DNA of 64,000 bases from Phyllobates terribilis. Its lineage: Eukaryota. The notes beneath the pieces were generated by a model. That model ran no database searches. It had not been told where the DNA came from and was given only the letters and a program-made list of their open reading frames with translations. Both the position numbers and the translations under genes were made by a program. This document shows positions 10,901 through 22,900 of the stretch, one piece after another. Within the stretch, counting starts at the first letter, position 1, and the number at the start of each line of letters is the position of its first letter. The stretch covers positions 384,338,001-384,402,000 of the forward strand of contig NW_027362769.1 of NCBI RefSeq assembly GCF_046119375.1. The letters are read 5' to 3'.

Positions 10901-13900
10901 CCTAGCACAGCCCCGACCCTAGCGCAGCCCCGACCCTAGCGCAGCCCCGACCCTAGCGTTCATTTTTTACGGCGTTCCTCGTGCAGTATAAGTGATTGAC
11001 TTCAATTTTTCCATATTTTGGCCGGCAGTCAGTTATTCTTCGGGTCAGTACGTTTACAGCGATACCACATTTATATATTTTTTTTTGTGTTTTGGCGCTT
11101 TTACACAATAAAAACTATTATATAGAAAAAAAGGGAATTAGTCCTACCGGTAATTGGGTTTCCAGGAGTCCAGCCTGACAGCACACCAGGAGGTAGCCCT
11201 TGATGTCCGACAAGGGGCAGGAACACATGAGAGGTTAAAGGCCCCTCCCCACCCTCCATCGCCAGTGTTTTTCCCAAGTACCACACCAGGAGGGATGCAA
11301 CACAATTTTATTGAAACTACCGATACATGTTAAATCCTCACATGCTCTGGCAACTCAAAAAGGGGGAGGGACTATAAGGGTGCTGTCAGGCTGGACTCCT
11401 GGAAACCCAATTACCGGTAGGACTAATTCCCTTTTTCCAGGACGTCCCTCCTGACAGCACACCAAGAGAAATGCCAACTAAATGGTCCTAGGGAGGGACT
11501 ACAGCCTGGAGGACTTTCCTCCCAAAGGCCGTCTGCTGATTGGACAACAAATTCAGTCTATAATGCTTACAAAATGTATTCAACCCTGACCAGGTGGCTG
11601 CATTACATATCTGCTCTGAGGAGGCTCCTGCTCTCTCTGCCCATGAGGTAGATATGGATCTGGTGGAGTGGGCCCTTATGCCTTCTGGCACTAACATACC
11701 CCTAGAAACATAAGCATGGGAAATGGCCGCTTTGATCCATCTGGCCAAAGTCAATTTTGATGCAGTCTTTCCTTTGTTCTTCCCCCAGAACTGGACAAAC
11801 AAACTAGAGTCTTTCCTCCATTCTTTTGTGGCGTCTAAATAGTGGAGAACCGATCGCCTGACATCCACCGAGTGGAAGTTCTGTTCTCCTGGGTTTCTTG
11901 GCTGATCGCAGAAGGCGGGCAAAATGATCTCCCTATTCAGGTTGGAGTCCGACACCACCTTGGGTAAAAAAGAAGGATCTAGTCTAAGGATTAGGCGATC
12001 GTCCAAAATCTGCATATAAGGGAATACTACCGAGAGGGCCTGAATCTCCCCCAGTCGTCTGGCCGAAGTTATGGCCACCAAGAACACGGTTTTAATTGAG
12101 AGTGATCTGATACTAATATCCTGCAGGGGTTCAAAGGGGCTTTTACATAGGGCGTTTAGCACTAAATTTAAGTCCCACGGGGCCACCTTTTCCCTTATAA
12201 AGAGCCTTAATCTACCCACTGCTTTCGAGAATCTGGACACCCACGGATGTTTAGCCAAGGGATAGTCTAAGTATGAACTTAAGGCCGAAATCTGGAACCT
12301 AAGCATGCTGGGGCTTAGTCCCTTGTCATACCCTGCCTGGAGAAATTCTAAGACTTCTGGAACTGGTGGGGCCAGAGTCTCTATTATTGTGTTCCCATAT
12401 ACTGAACAGATCTCTTCCATACCTTTGAATAAATGGCCGTTGTCACCGGTTTTCTACTTGCCTGAAGGGCCGTGATGACCCTATCAGAGAGGCCCCTGGA
12501 CCTCAAGATCCACCTCTCAGGATCCAGGCCGACAGCTGGAGCCACTCCACCGCAGGATGCTTTAGAGGTCCCTGTGACAGAAGGTAGTGTCGCAGCGGGA
12601 GAGGGAAGTGATCTTCTGCTGTCATCAGCATCAAGAGGGGGAACCAGCTTCTTTTTGGCCAGAAGGGGACCACTGCGATCACTGTGGCCCCGTCCTCCCG
12701 TAGCATCCTTGGCATTAAGGGTATGGGAGGGAAAGCGTAAGCTAGCGGCATATCCCAGGTCTGGGACAGCGCGTCAACCCCCGCTGGATTGTCCTCTGGG
12801 CACCTGAAAAAGAACTTTTGGGTTTTCACGTTCTTCCTTGAGGCAAAAAGGTCTATTGAAGGGGTCCCCCATTTCTTTATTAACTGAAGAAAGACTGCTT
12901 GGTGAAGTTCCCACTCTGATGGGTCTATCCTTTCCCTGCTCAGGAAGTCTGCCACCTGATTTTGGGAGCCCCTGAGATGAAGAGCTGAGATGGAGGAAAC
13001 CGTATTTTCTGCCCAAGCGAAAATTTCCTCTGCTATTGCCTGGAGCCATGTATGTTTCGGTCCTCCCTGATGTTGAAGGAAGGCTACCATGGTGGAATTG
13101 TCCAAGAGAATCCTTATGTGTTTGCCTGCTAGTAGCGACTGACTCCTCTGTAGGGACTCCCAGACTGCTCTTAGCTCTCTGTAGTTTGAGGACCGGTGTC
13201 TGATCTCCTGAATCATAGAATCATAGAATGGTAGAGTTGGAAGGGACCTCCTGGGTCATCTGGTCCAACCCCCTGCTCAAAGCAGGATTCACTAGATCAT
13301 CTCAGACAGATGTCTGTCCAGCCTCTGTTTGAAGACGTCCATTGAAGGGGAACTCACCACCTCTCGTGGCAGCCTGTTCCACTCATTAATCACCCTCACT
13401 GTCAAAAAGTTTTTTCTAATATCTAATCTGTGTCTCCTCCCATTTAGTTTCATCCCATTGCTTCTAGTCTTTCCTTGTGCAAATGAGAATAAAGATGATC
13501 CTTCTACAATGTGACAGCCCTTGACATATTTGTAGACAGCTATTAAGTCTCCTCTCAGTCTTCTTTTTTGCAAGCTAAACATTCCCAAATCCTGCAACCG
13601 TTCCTCATAGGACATGGTTTGCAGACCAGTCACCATTCTGGTCGCTCTTCTCTGAACTTGCTCCGGTTTGTCTATGTCTTTTTTAAAATGTGGTGCCCAA
13701 AACTGTACACAGTATTCCAGATGAGGTCTGACCAAAGAGGAGTAAAGACCGATAATGACTTCACGTGATCTAGACTGTATGCTTCTGTTAATACATCCCA
13801 GAATTGTATTTGCCTTTTTTGCTGCTGCATCACACTGTTGACTCATGTTCAGTCTATGATCTATTAGTATACCTAAGTCTTTTTCACATGTACTGTTGCT

Positions 13901-16900
13901 GAGACCAAGCCCCCTCTACATGGGCCCCCCAACCCCACTGGCTTGCGTCCGTGGTAACGGTAATATAAGGGGATTCTATCCACTGGACTCCCCTTCCCAG
14001 ATTTAAAGGGGATACCCACCAGGCTAGGGAGCCTTTTAAGTCTGGAGTTAAGGGCATCTTTTTGTCCAGGCCTGACTGACGTTTGTCCCAAGCGGAGCTG
14101 ATTTCCTTCTGAAGAATTCTGGAATGTGCCTGACACCACTATACACAGGGGATGCATGATGTCATGGTCCCCAGAACACTCATAGCTTCCCTGACCGTTA
14201 CTTCCCTCTTTCTGCAAAAGGAGCTGAATTTTTTTTACTATGTCCCGAGCTTTCTTTTGAAGGAGTTTGGACAAGCCACGGTGCGAATCTAATAGCACTC
14301 CCAAGAATATGTTCTGGTTGCTTGGAGCTAGGTCTGATTTCTCTAAATTTAGAACCCACCCCAAGTCTGACAATACTCGCATTACCCGACGCTGATGAAG
14401 AATTAACTGCGCGTCTGAATCTGCTACTAGAAGAAAGTCGTCTAGGTAGGGAATTATGACTATGCCCTCTCTCCTTAGATGGGAGACTACTTACGTCACT
14501 ATTTTGGTGAAAATACGGGGTGCCGATGACAGGCCGAACGGAAGACATTGGAACTGATAGTGGCTTACGCCACCTTTCCCTCTTGTTGCAAGCCTGAGGT
14601 ATTTCTGTCTTGAAGGGTGTATGGGAATATTGTAATATGCCTGCTTCAAATCCAAGGTACACATCACCGCGTCTTTGGGTACCAGAGGTATCACCAACTT
14701 TATAGACTCCATTTTGAACCTCTTATACTTTACCCACTGGTTCAGGGGTCTGAGGTTTATAATTGTCCTGTACTCTCCCGATGTTTTTTTTATGGAGAAC
14801 AGTCTGGAATAATGGCCCCTGCATCTCTCTGAATGAGGGACCGGTGTTATTGCTCCGTCCTGGAGGAGCTGCTTGATGTCTACTTCCAGCCTTCTGAGGG
14901 CCGCTGTTGAACTGGCTTCCGTGATCTGAAATCGGCGAGGGGGGGGGGGAAATTGAGAAAACTCGATCTTGTACCCGTGTTCTATAAGTTGTAAAATCCA
15001 CTGATTTGGGGTTATTCTCTGCCAACTTCCTAGGAAATGCTGCAGCCTTCCCCTCACTGGTCCGGCGCCATTGACGTGCCTGTCTCTGACTTGGCCCAGG
15101 CAAGTCCCTGCGGCCTCTACCACCCTTCGGGTAGCTCCATCTACCCTCTTTCCTCTATAATTCTGGGACTGGGTGGGGCGGCTTCGAAAGGAAAAGGGGC
15201 ATCTAGGTCTTCCCACCGGAAACCCCGCTTTACTATCGGCCGCCTTCTGCAGAATGCTGTCCAGTACAGGTCCAAAAACCTGTAGGCCGGAAAATGGGAT
15301 AGCACAAAGTTTGTTTTTGGACTGCATATCGCCTGTCCAAGACCTCAGCCAGAGTGCCCTACGGGCCGAATTCGACAGCGCATCATTCCTTGCCGCGAAC
15401 GGGACAGATTCTGCTGACGCATCTGCCCTGAAATTTACTGCCATCCTGACCATGTATAAAGCCTCGGCTATATACTCCCTGGAAACACTCTGTCTCAGTT
15501 TGGCTTCCAGGTCCTCCAACCATAAGCCTGCTGATCTGGCCACGGACGTGGCCACAATATTGGTCTTGATGATAGCAGCTGAAGCCTCCCAGGCTTTCTT
15601 AAGTAGACCGTCCACTTTTTTGTCCATCGGATCATTTAGACTCGCATCCTCAAAAGGGATTGTTCTCTTCTTGGAAACTCGGGCTACTGGTACGTCGATC
15701 TTTGGCACCTCTTCCCAGATTCTGGACTCTTCCGTTTCGAAGGGAAGACGGGACCTAAACTCCCCCGGGATTGATAAACGCTTTTCCGCGTTCTTCCATT
15801 CCTCCAGAATCATGGATCTGATGTGCTTATTAACTGGAAAACATCTACTTTTCCTTGCCTGTAGCCCACTAAACATTTGATCCTGGATGGACTGAGCTAC
15901 CTGCGGCTGTTCAATGTTCATAGTATTGAGTACCGCCTGTAATAGCTCCTCTGTGTCAGCCGAGGAGAAGAGGTATCTTTTATTCTCCTCCCGCTGACCA
16001 CAAGGTAAATGAAAATCCAGCTCCTGGGACTGGTCTGATTTTTACAGGGAGGTTCGCCTGTAGAGGCCTGTGCCGCTAAAAGGGTGGACACCGAAGACTG
16101 CACTTCCTCTTTAATCATAGCCTTTACTTCGGCTCTAAATGTGGCCTGCTCCTCCGCCATAACTTTTGCTATACAGTCCTTGCACAGCTGTTTGTTATAT
16201 GTGTCCAGAAGCCTGGTATTACAAGTTGGGCATCGCCTAGCCCTCTTCTTAGGAACTGATCCCTTTGGGGCCCCTTTATCCTATGGACAGTATCAGACAC
16301 AGGCAGTTTGTCAGGATAAATCACAATAGCTCAGCGACAAAAAGGGGCCCTATAGATGCTCACTTACGTGACCCAGGGAGATGGCCGTGGAATCCGTGTG
16401 CTGTGCGGGGCTACCCTCCATAGCTCACTATAGGTGCAGTGCCTAACCGACAGACACACATGGACAGATTTACCTGTCTGCCGTCTTCGCCGCCATCTTC
16501 CCCAGGCTTCTCCTTCCTGCTGACCTCCTAACCGGAAGTGCGTTCCAGGGTGGAATGCTTGCCGTAGCCGCGTCACCGGAAGTGCGCCGGCCGGCAGCGC
16601 GCCCAGAGCCCTCCGAGGAGGGAAGCGGCACCTTCCAGGAGCTCCGCTCCACTGGGCTGGCTGAGGGACCGGGACGGGTTTCAGCCGGCAGCCTGTCTTG
16701 ACAGCGGGAGGAGACAGGTATGGCAACCCCTCCGCCCCCTGGGCTGCTCCTATGCTTTCAGCGCAGCTGCGCCCTCTCATGTGCCTGTCCGACTAGGGAC
16801 AGGAAAAACACTGGCGATGGAGGGTGGGGAGGGGCCTTTAACCTCTCGTGTGTTCCTGCCCCTAGTCGGACATGAAGGACTACCTCCTGGTGTGCTGTCA

Positions 16901-19900
16901 GGAGGGACGTCCTGGAAAAAAATTTTTTTGCATTGCTTTATTCTGAGCTATAACTTATTTTTCGGATGATGGAGCAGTATGGCGGCTTGTTTTTTGCAGG
17001 ACAAGATGACGTTTTCAGTGGTACCTTTTTTATTTACATTTGTTTTTTTGATCGCGTTTTATTCCATTTTTTATTTTTCGGTATGATGATAAAGAATCGT
17101 TTTTTGCTTCATTTTTTTTTTTTTTTTTTTTTACCTTGTTCACTAAAGGGGTTAACTAGTGGGACAGTTTTATAGATCAGGTCGTTCCGGACGCGGCGAT
17201 ACCAAATATGTGTACTTTTATTTTTTTTTCATAATAATATTTATTGCTGGGTATATTATATTTTTATTTTTTGGGGATAAAATTGTAAAAATAAAAATAA
17301 AAATTATTATTTTATTTTTTTCACTTTCTGACCTTTTACACATTGTCCCACTATGGGACTTTCACTTTTTGCTGCCGGATCGGCTGTATAGCATAGAGAG
17401 CAGCAGCATCCCTGTGCTATGCAGCCTGTCAGCGCTGCACTCAGGGAGGTTACTTTGGTCATGCACTGCGCATGACCAAAGTAACTTCCTGCCTCCTGAT
17501 GACCCGGAAGTTGTCATGACGACATCGAGCCGTCATGACAACATCAGGGACCGTATTCAGACGCTGCTGGACGCTGGGAGAGTAGGTAAGTATCGCGCTT
17601 ACCTCCCCTTGTCCCCGCACTGCTGCGATTGACTTAGATTGCAGCATTGCGGGGGTTAATGTGCCGGGAGCGGTGAGGGACCGCTCCTGGCACATAGCAC
17701 CGGGTGTCAGCTGTAACAATCAGCCGATCATAGCACGCGTAATAGTACGTCCCTGGCCCAATAGGCCCAGGAAGGTTCTATTACTTCAAATGTCATAAAG
17801 GAGTTAACAAATGTCGCATCGATCGTTTACTGTATTTTTTTTTCTAGGAAGTGCGAGAACAGTAAAAGCGCCACGTATGGCGTGAGTTTTATATTTTGAT
17901 ATGGTTAAAAAAAAAAGTTAGACCTAACTATTCACAGGTTTAAGTCCTTCAAGGGGGCGTAAAGTTTTAAAAAAACAAACAAAGTGGAATTGCCCCAATA
18001 AAATTAAATAAAAAAATAAACATTTGGTATCACTGTGTCCCAAATGGTTCAACCTATTGACAATATAATTCAATAGGTTGAACTTTTTGGGACACAGGGA
18101 TGCCGAATATTTATTTATCAAATTTTAACGGGGCAATTCCAGTTTTTATGGTTTTTTTTTTGTTTTTTTTTAATAACTTTACGCCCCCTTTGGAGGACCT
18201 AAACCTGCGAATGTTCGGTTGCTTATACTATATACTGAGGTAGCACAGTATTGCAGTATCTCGTGAAATCGCAGTCTCCAATGAAGGCCCGGCCCGAGGC
18301 TGAGCATCACAGGAGTACCAGGATGGCAGTGACAACCCCTTAGCAGGGGGCACATGACCCCTTTTGCCATGGTGGCTGCTGTCGCCCCACGAGCCCTCAC
18401 CTGATCTCCTCCGTCCACAGGAACTTCTTCCGGGGGCCGGCGGCTACTTTCTTGCTCCCCTTGTTCTCCTCCTCCTTGGGCAGCGTCTTCTGCTCCTTGT
18501 CCTCGCACAGCATCCTGACAGATTGGATGCAAAAACAGAACGGATTCACATTCGGCATTTTACTGTAAAGATCATTTTAACTCTCTACTGTAATAACTTC
18601 CACGGAGAAAAGCTCCACTTCTGCATTAGAAACGAAATAATATCTCTCATCCCTCGTTATTCCAAGACTGCCAGCTGTAGAGGCCAGTGATCAGCTGCAG
18701 TGGTTGGGTGGGTGAACAGAGATGACTTCCCCAGTTTTATGACACTAAAAGTCATTAGTTAAGATCTGTGCAGGCTGTGAGGGAATGAAAACACTTTCGT
18801 ACAGTCCTCTATAACTCCCAGCATGCTTACATGTGTCAGGGAGGCGCAGGTTTTCCAATAGTCGCGGTGTCAGATCGCCCAATACACATGGTCGGTGATA
18901 GGGGGTAGAATGTGGGCATGGGTTGGCGGCTCTTACTTGGCGTACTTGGCTTGATTGTACTCCTTCAGCTCCGCGTGATACTTGCAGACCATTTCCGGCA
19001 TAGACTTCCCCACGGCTTCCTTGAGCTTCCGTAATGGCTCCCGTAACCGCTCGCTCTGCAGAGAAAAATAGGATTTTGTGTCCGCAGCTCCTTTACAGAC
19101 CTATGCGTCTCCATGGTAACAGACTACAGTCTGATCCTATAGTCATTTCCTTCCGTTTCTTACTTGTTTCCCAATGGAAGAAAGCGTGGCTGCGGAGTCA
19201 GATTGTTTGCTGTCTGTTACTATAGAGACATCAGTTTTGCACGGGAGCTGCAGATAATCAGTGGCCTCGGCGTGACGTGCTGCACGAGATCGCTGAGTCT
19301 GGTGATTGGCTGCAGCGGTCATGCTACCGCTGCTGCAGGAACAGGTGAGTAACGCTGGCTGTATTATGGCCGCCGCTCACCTGTTTGTGCATGTAGAGGC
19401 GGCTGGCCCACTTCACCAGAACATCCTTACTGCAGGGGAGGACGGAGGACAGGTGGCTGAAGACGGAGGAGCGCTGGCCCGGGCTCAGCTCCCGACAAAG
19501 CAGGTAAATGCTGCCGCAAAGAAATTGGAGACGTTAGTAAGAGAGTGGGGGTGCTGCGCACACAACACAGAATGTATAAGTGCAGCCAAACCCCCAAATA
19601 ACCAGGTCAGGGGGTGAGGAATAGAGCTGGAGTGACGGAGGCTTCAGATCTTCCCTAGTTCTTCCCCTTCAATTCTTTGTCAATCTCAGTAACAGGATAG
19701 GACCGGCCATGTGAAGGAATAGAAGGACTTGTCACATGTGCATATAAATAGTTTGGGGGGGGTGAAATCCTGCTGACAGGTTCCCTTTAATACGGCAATA
19801 CTCCTGCAATAATCTGCACGTCCCGATATACTCACTCCAGAAGAGACTTGTTCATTTCGGGGGAAAACAACTTTTTCTTGTTGTCGGGTGTCTGAAGCCA

Positions 19901-22900
19901 CTGAAATGCGAGAGGAGAACACTGATTGGGTCAGTGTGAACGATGAATAATAACAACAACAACAAGATAAAAATAAACCCGCAAGAAACAAAAATATAAA
20001 AAAGTATATAAAATTTATATTAATAATAAAAACAAATCTGATTTCAATGTCAGTCAGTCATTCATTTACTTTGGCAAATTCCTTAATCTTCTTCTCGGTT
20101 GCAGGCGGCAGCCCGATCAATAAAGATGGCGGTTTCTTAAACTCTTCCTTGACGCCTTCCCCCTTCTCTGCAGGGACGGACAGGTTTTCCGCTTCCTTCT
20201 TGATGGAGGTGTTCTTGGTGTTGGCAGCTTGAAGGAGTTTGCTCTCAGATACCAGGGTGGACGGTGAGGGATCTGGGGCCGGCTCGGCCTCTCGTGGGGG
20301 TGGTGGCGGCAGAGCAGGAGCGGTCGGAGGGGACGCCGCCGTCTTTGGAGCGGCGATGGTGACGTTGGGCAGCGCGGAGCTCGTCCACGTCTCATATTCT
20401 TTCTTATCCTTTTCAAACTTAGCCAGCATCTCCTGCAGTTTGCCCATCAGCCTCTTCTTCTTTTTCTCCTTGGTGCCGTTCAGAGCCATGAACCTAAAAA
20501 GCAGGAGAGAGTTTAAGCTGCGTTGCGTGACTGTCGACACTTCGCGGCTTCGAGTTTGCAGGGATTTTGAGCCCTCCTGGTCGCCGTGTCAGATGACATC
20601 TTACCCGGATTTGGAGAATTTGCTTTTTTTGCTCTTTTTCTCTTCCTCTCGTTTCCTTCTCTTCACTTTGTCTCCTCGCTCCTTCATTTTCTGCCGGGAG
20701 GAAAGAACAGATCTGTTAGGAGTCAGAAGAAGCTTTCAGCAATTTTGACAACCCTTATAATAAAATTACAGATGTGAATGTCACCCATGGGGCACGGTCC
20801 CCGCAGAATCACATACAGGACCTCACGGCATTAAAGGGGCTGCTCCTACCGCCGGTCGGCCATCTTTGTACACCCATTAGGTTCTCATGCAGGGTATTTC
20901 ACCTCCCATCTACACCCGATACATGCAGGTAGCAGATGACGGTCTCACCTTGGGAGCCTTCTTCTTCTCTCGGGCGGATTCGTCTTCTGATTCTGATGCT
21001 TGTCTGAACTGTAACGTTCCGGTGTTGATGTAAAATCCCCCATGCTTTGTGTTCAGCGAGGCTGGAACCAGTTCATCGTACTGAGGGCGGAAAACCAGAG
21101 AGAGGAACATGCAAAATCTGATATTTACTAAAGAGTCACTAAACTGCAGCTCCGAGGGTCCCTCCGTCAGTTCTCGGAACACATTCACTTTAATAGGAGC
21201 AGCATTGCAGTACCGAGAACGGCCACTGCACAGCTCTGTCCATCTGACTGTGGGGGCGCCGGGTGTCGGACCCCCACTGATCTGATATGTAAAACTCCTT
21301 TAAATATTAACATCATGTTTTGCCATCTTAATCTGACTGTTCAGGGGTTAACTCTCTGGAGACGGATTCAGATTCCAGTGTAATTATAGATTCCGAGATC
21401 CCTCGGGATCCACCATAGACGATTGTTCAGGGGCTGCGAGAGGGAAATCTCAGAACAGGTGGGAACCAGCGCAGCGACTCATATTTATGTGTCCCCCGGG
21501 TACAAGCTGCCACCATCACACAGGCCACATGTAGAGCACAAGGCAGACACCGGGCGCTCCCAGATCAGTCACTTTAAAGGGCCGTACACTGATCAATCTG
21601 TACAACACTCAGCGATCAGGGGCTGACAACCTACCGCCTCCGAGTTGTCGATGAAAGAGTCGGATTCGTCGTACCCATAACCCATGTCAATGAGATCCTG
21701 CGCGCGGTCCCTACGTCGCTTCTGCTTTCCCTGCAGATACATGAGAGGACAATGCGGTGGTCGAATACAGCAGTGACACCCCCCACACAGAACAGAAACA
21801 CACAGAGGTCTACAGATGAGCAGTCCGCCTACAAAACAGTGCGACAAAGACAAAGCTTCACTTCTGCCACAGAACATCCCGGCAACGACGCAGGAGAAAC
21901 GGCCGACACTTACATATCTCTCCTCAAACTTCTTGGATAAAGCTTCAACTTCCTTCCTCTGAGCGTCTTCATCATTGAAAGGATCCAATGGTTTCTTTTG
22001 AGTCTGAAATTAAAAAAGAAAGAAAATATTACCGGGCTCTGAGCAAAATATACACCACGTACATACAGTACTGATTCTGAGTTACATCCTGTATTATACT
22101 CCAGAGCTGAACTCACTATTCTGCTGGTGCAGTCACTGTGTACATACATTACATTACTGATCCTGAGTTACATCCTGTATTATACCCCAGAGCTGCACTC
22201 ACTATTCTGCTGGTGCAGTCACTGTGTACATACATTACATTACTGATCCTGAGTTACACCCTGTATTATACTCCAGAGCTGCGCTCACTATTCTGCTGGT
22301 GCAGTCACTGTGTACATACATTACATTACTGATCCTGAGTTACATCCTGTATTATACTCCAGAGCTGAACTCACTATTCTGCTGGTGCAGTCACTGTGTA
22401 CATACATTACATTACTGATCCTGAGTTACATCCTGTATTATACTCCAGAGCTGCACTCACTATTCTGCTGGTGCAGTCACTGTGTACATACATTACATTA
22501 CTGATCCTGAGTTACACCCTGTATTATACTCCAGAGATGAACTCACTATTCTGCTGGTGCAGTCACTGTGTACATACATTACATTACTGATCCTGAGTTA
22601 CACCCTGTATTATACTCCAGAGCTGCGCTCACTATTCTGATGGTGCAGTCACTGTGTACATACATTACATTACTGATCCTGAGTTACACTCTGTATTATA
22701 CTCCAGAGCTGCACTCACTATTCTGCTGGTGCAGTCACTGTGTACATACATTACATTACTGATCCTGAGTTACATCCTGTATTATACTCCAGAGCTGCAC
22801 TCACTATTCTGCTGGTGAAGGCACTGTGTACATACATTACTGATTCTGAGTTACCGCCTGTATTATACTCCAGAGCTGCACTCACTGTACACACATCCTT

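Larger units (their letters stand above)
11128..16920 (-). mobile_element. DIRS1-type tyrosine-recombinase retrotransposon, full-length structure, inactivated (frameshifts, CR1 insertion)
   Basis: Gag-like ORF1, RT, RNase H, methyltransferase-like domain and YR all on the - strand. About 115-bp non-identical inverted terminal repeats (16802-16920 and 11159-11274), a 3' extension (11133-11158) and an ICR (11380-11464). Inserted in an A/T run with no TSD. Confidence 0.95.
9556..17807. mobile_element. TTAA-flanked (piggyBac-like) non-autonomous DNA element(s) hosting the DIRS and a MITE
   Basis: Begins TTAA-ccccttaag (9556) and ends gtcataaaggag-TTAA (17804-17807). AT-rich non-coding body. Host text resumes across the DIRS (actattatatagaaaaa ... 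aaaaatttttttgcattgctttattctg). The ends match only loosely, so it may be a composite. Confidence 0.55.

Noticed and set aside
14491-15921. Natural Gag-RT fusion protein in the DIRS
   Set aside because: ORF1 and RT normally occupy separate overlapping frames. This copy has several other frameshifts, so the joined frame is more simply a decay or sequencing indel.
16443-16473. Second DIRS intron (GTAAAT...ggttag)
   Set aside because: Only 31 nt, below the minimum size for a vertebrate spliceosomal intron; the donor alone is kept as a candidate.
18034-18096. 60-bp hairpin (gtgtcccaaa..gttcaacctattga/tcaataggttgaac..ttgggacac) as a pre-miRNA
   Set aside because: Sits among DNA-transposon remnants; more simply a MITE fragment, with no expression evidence.
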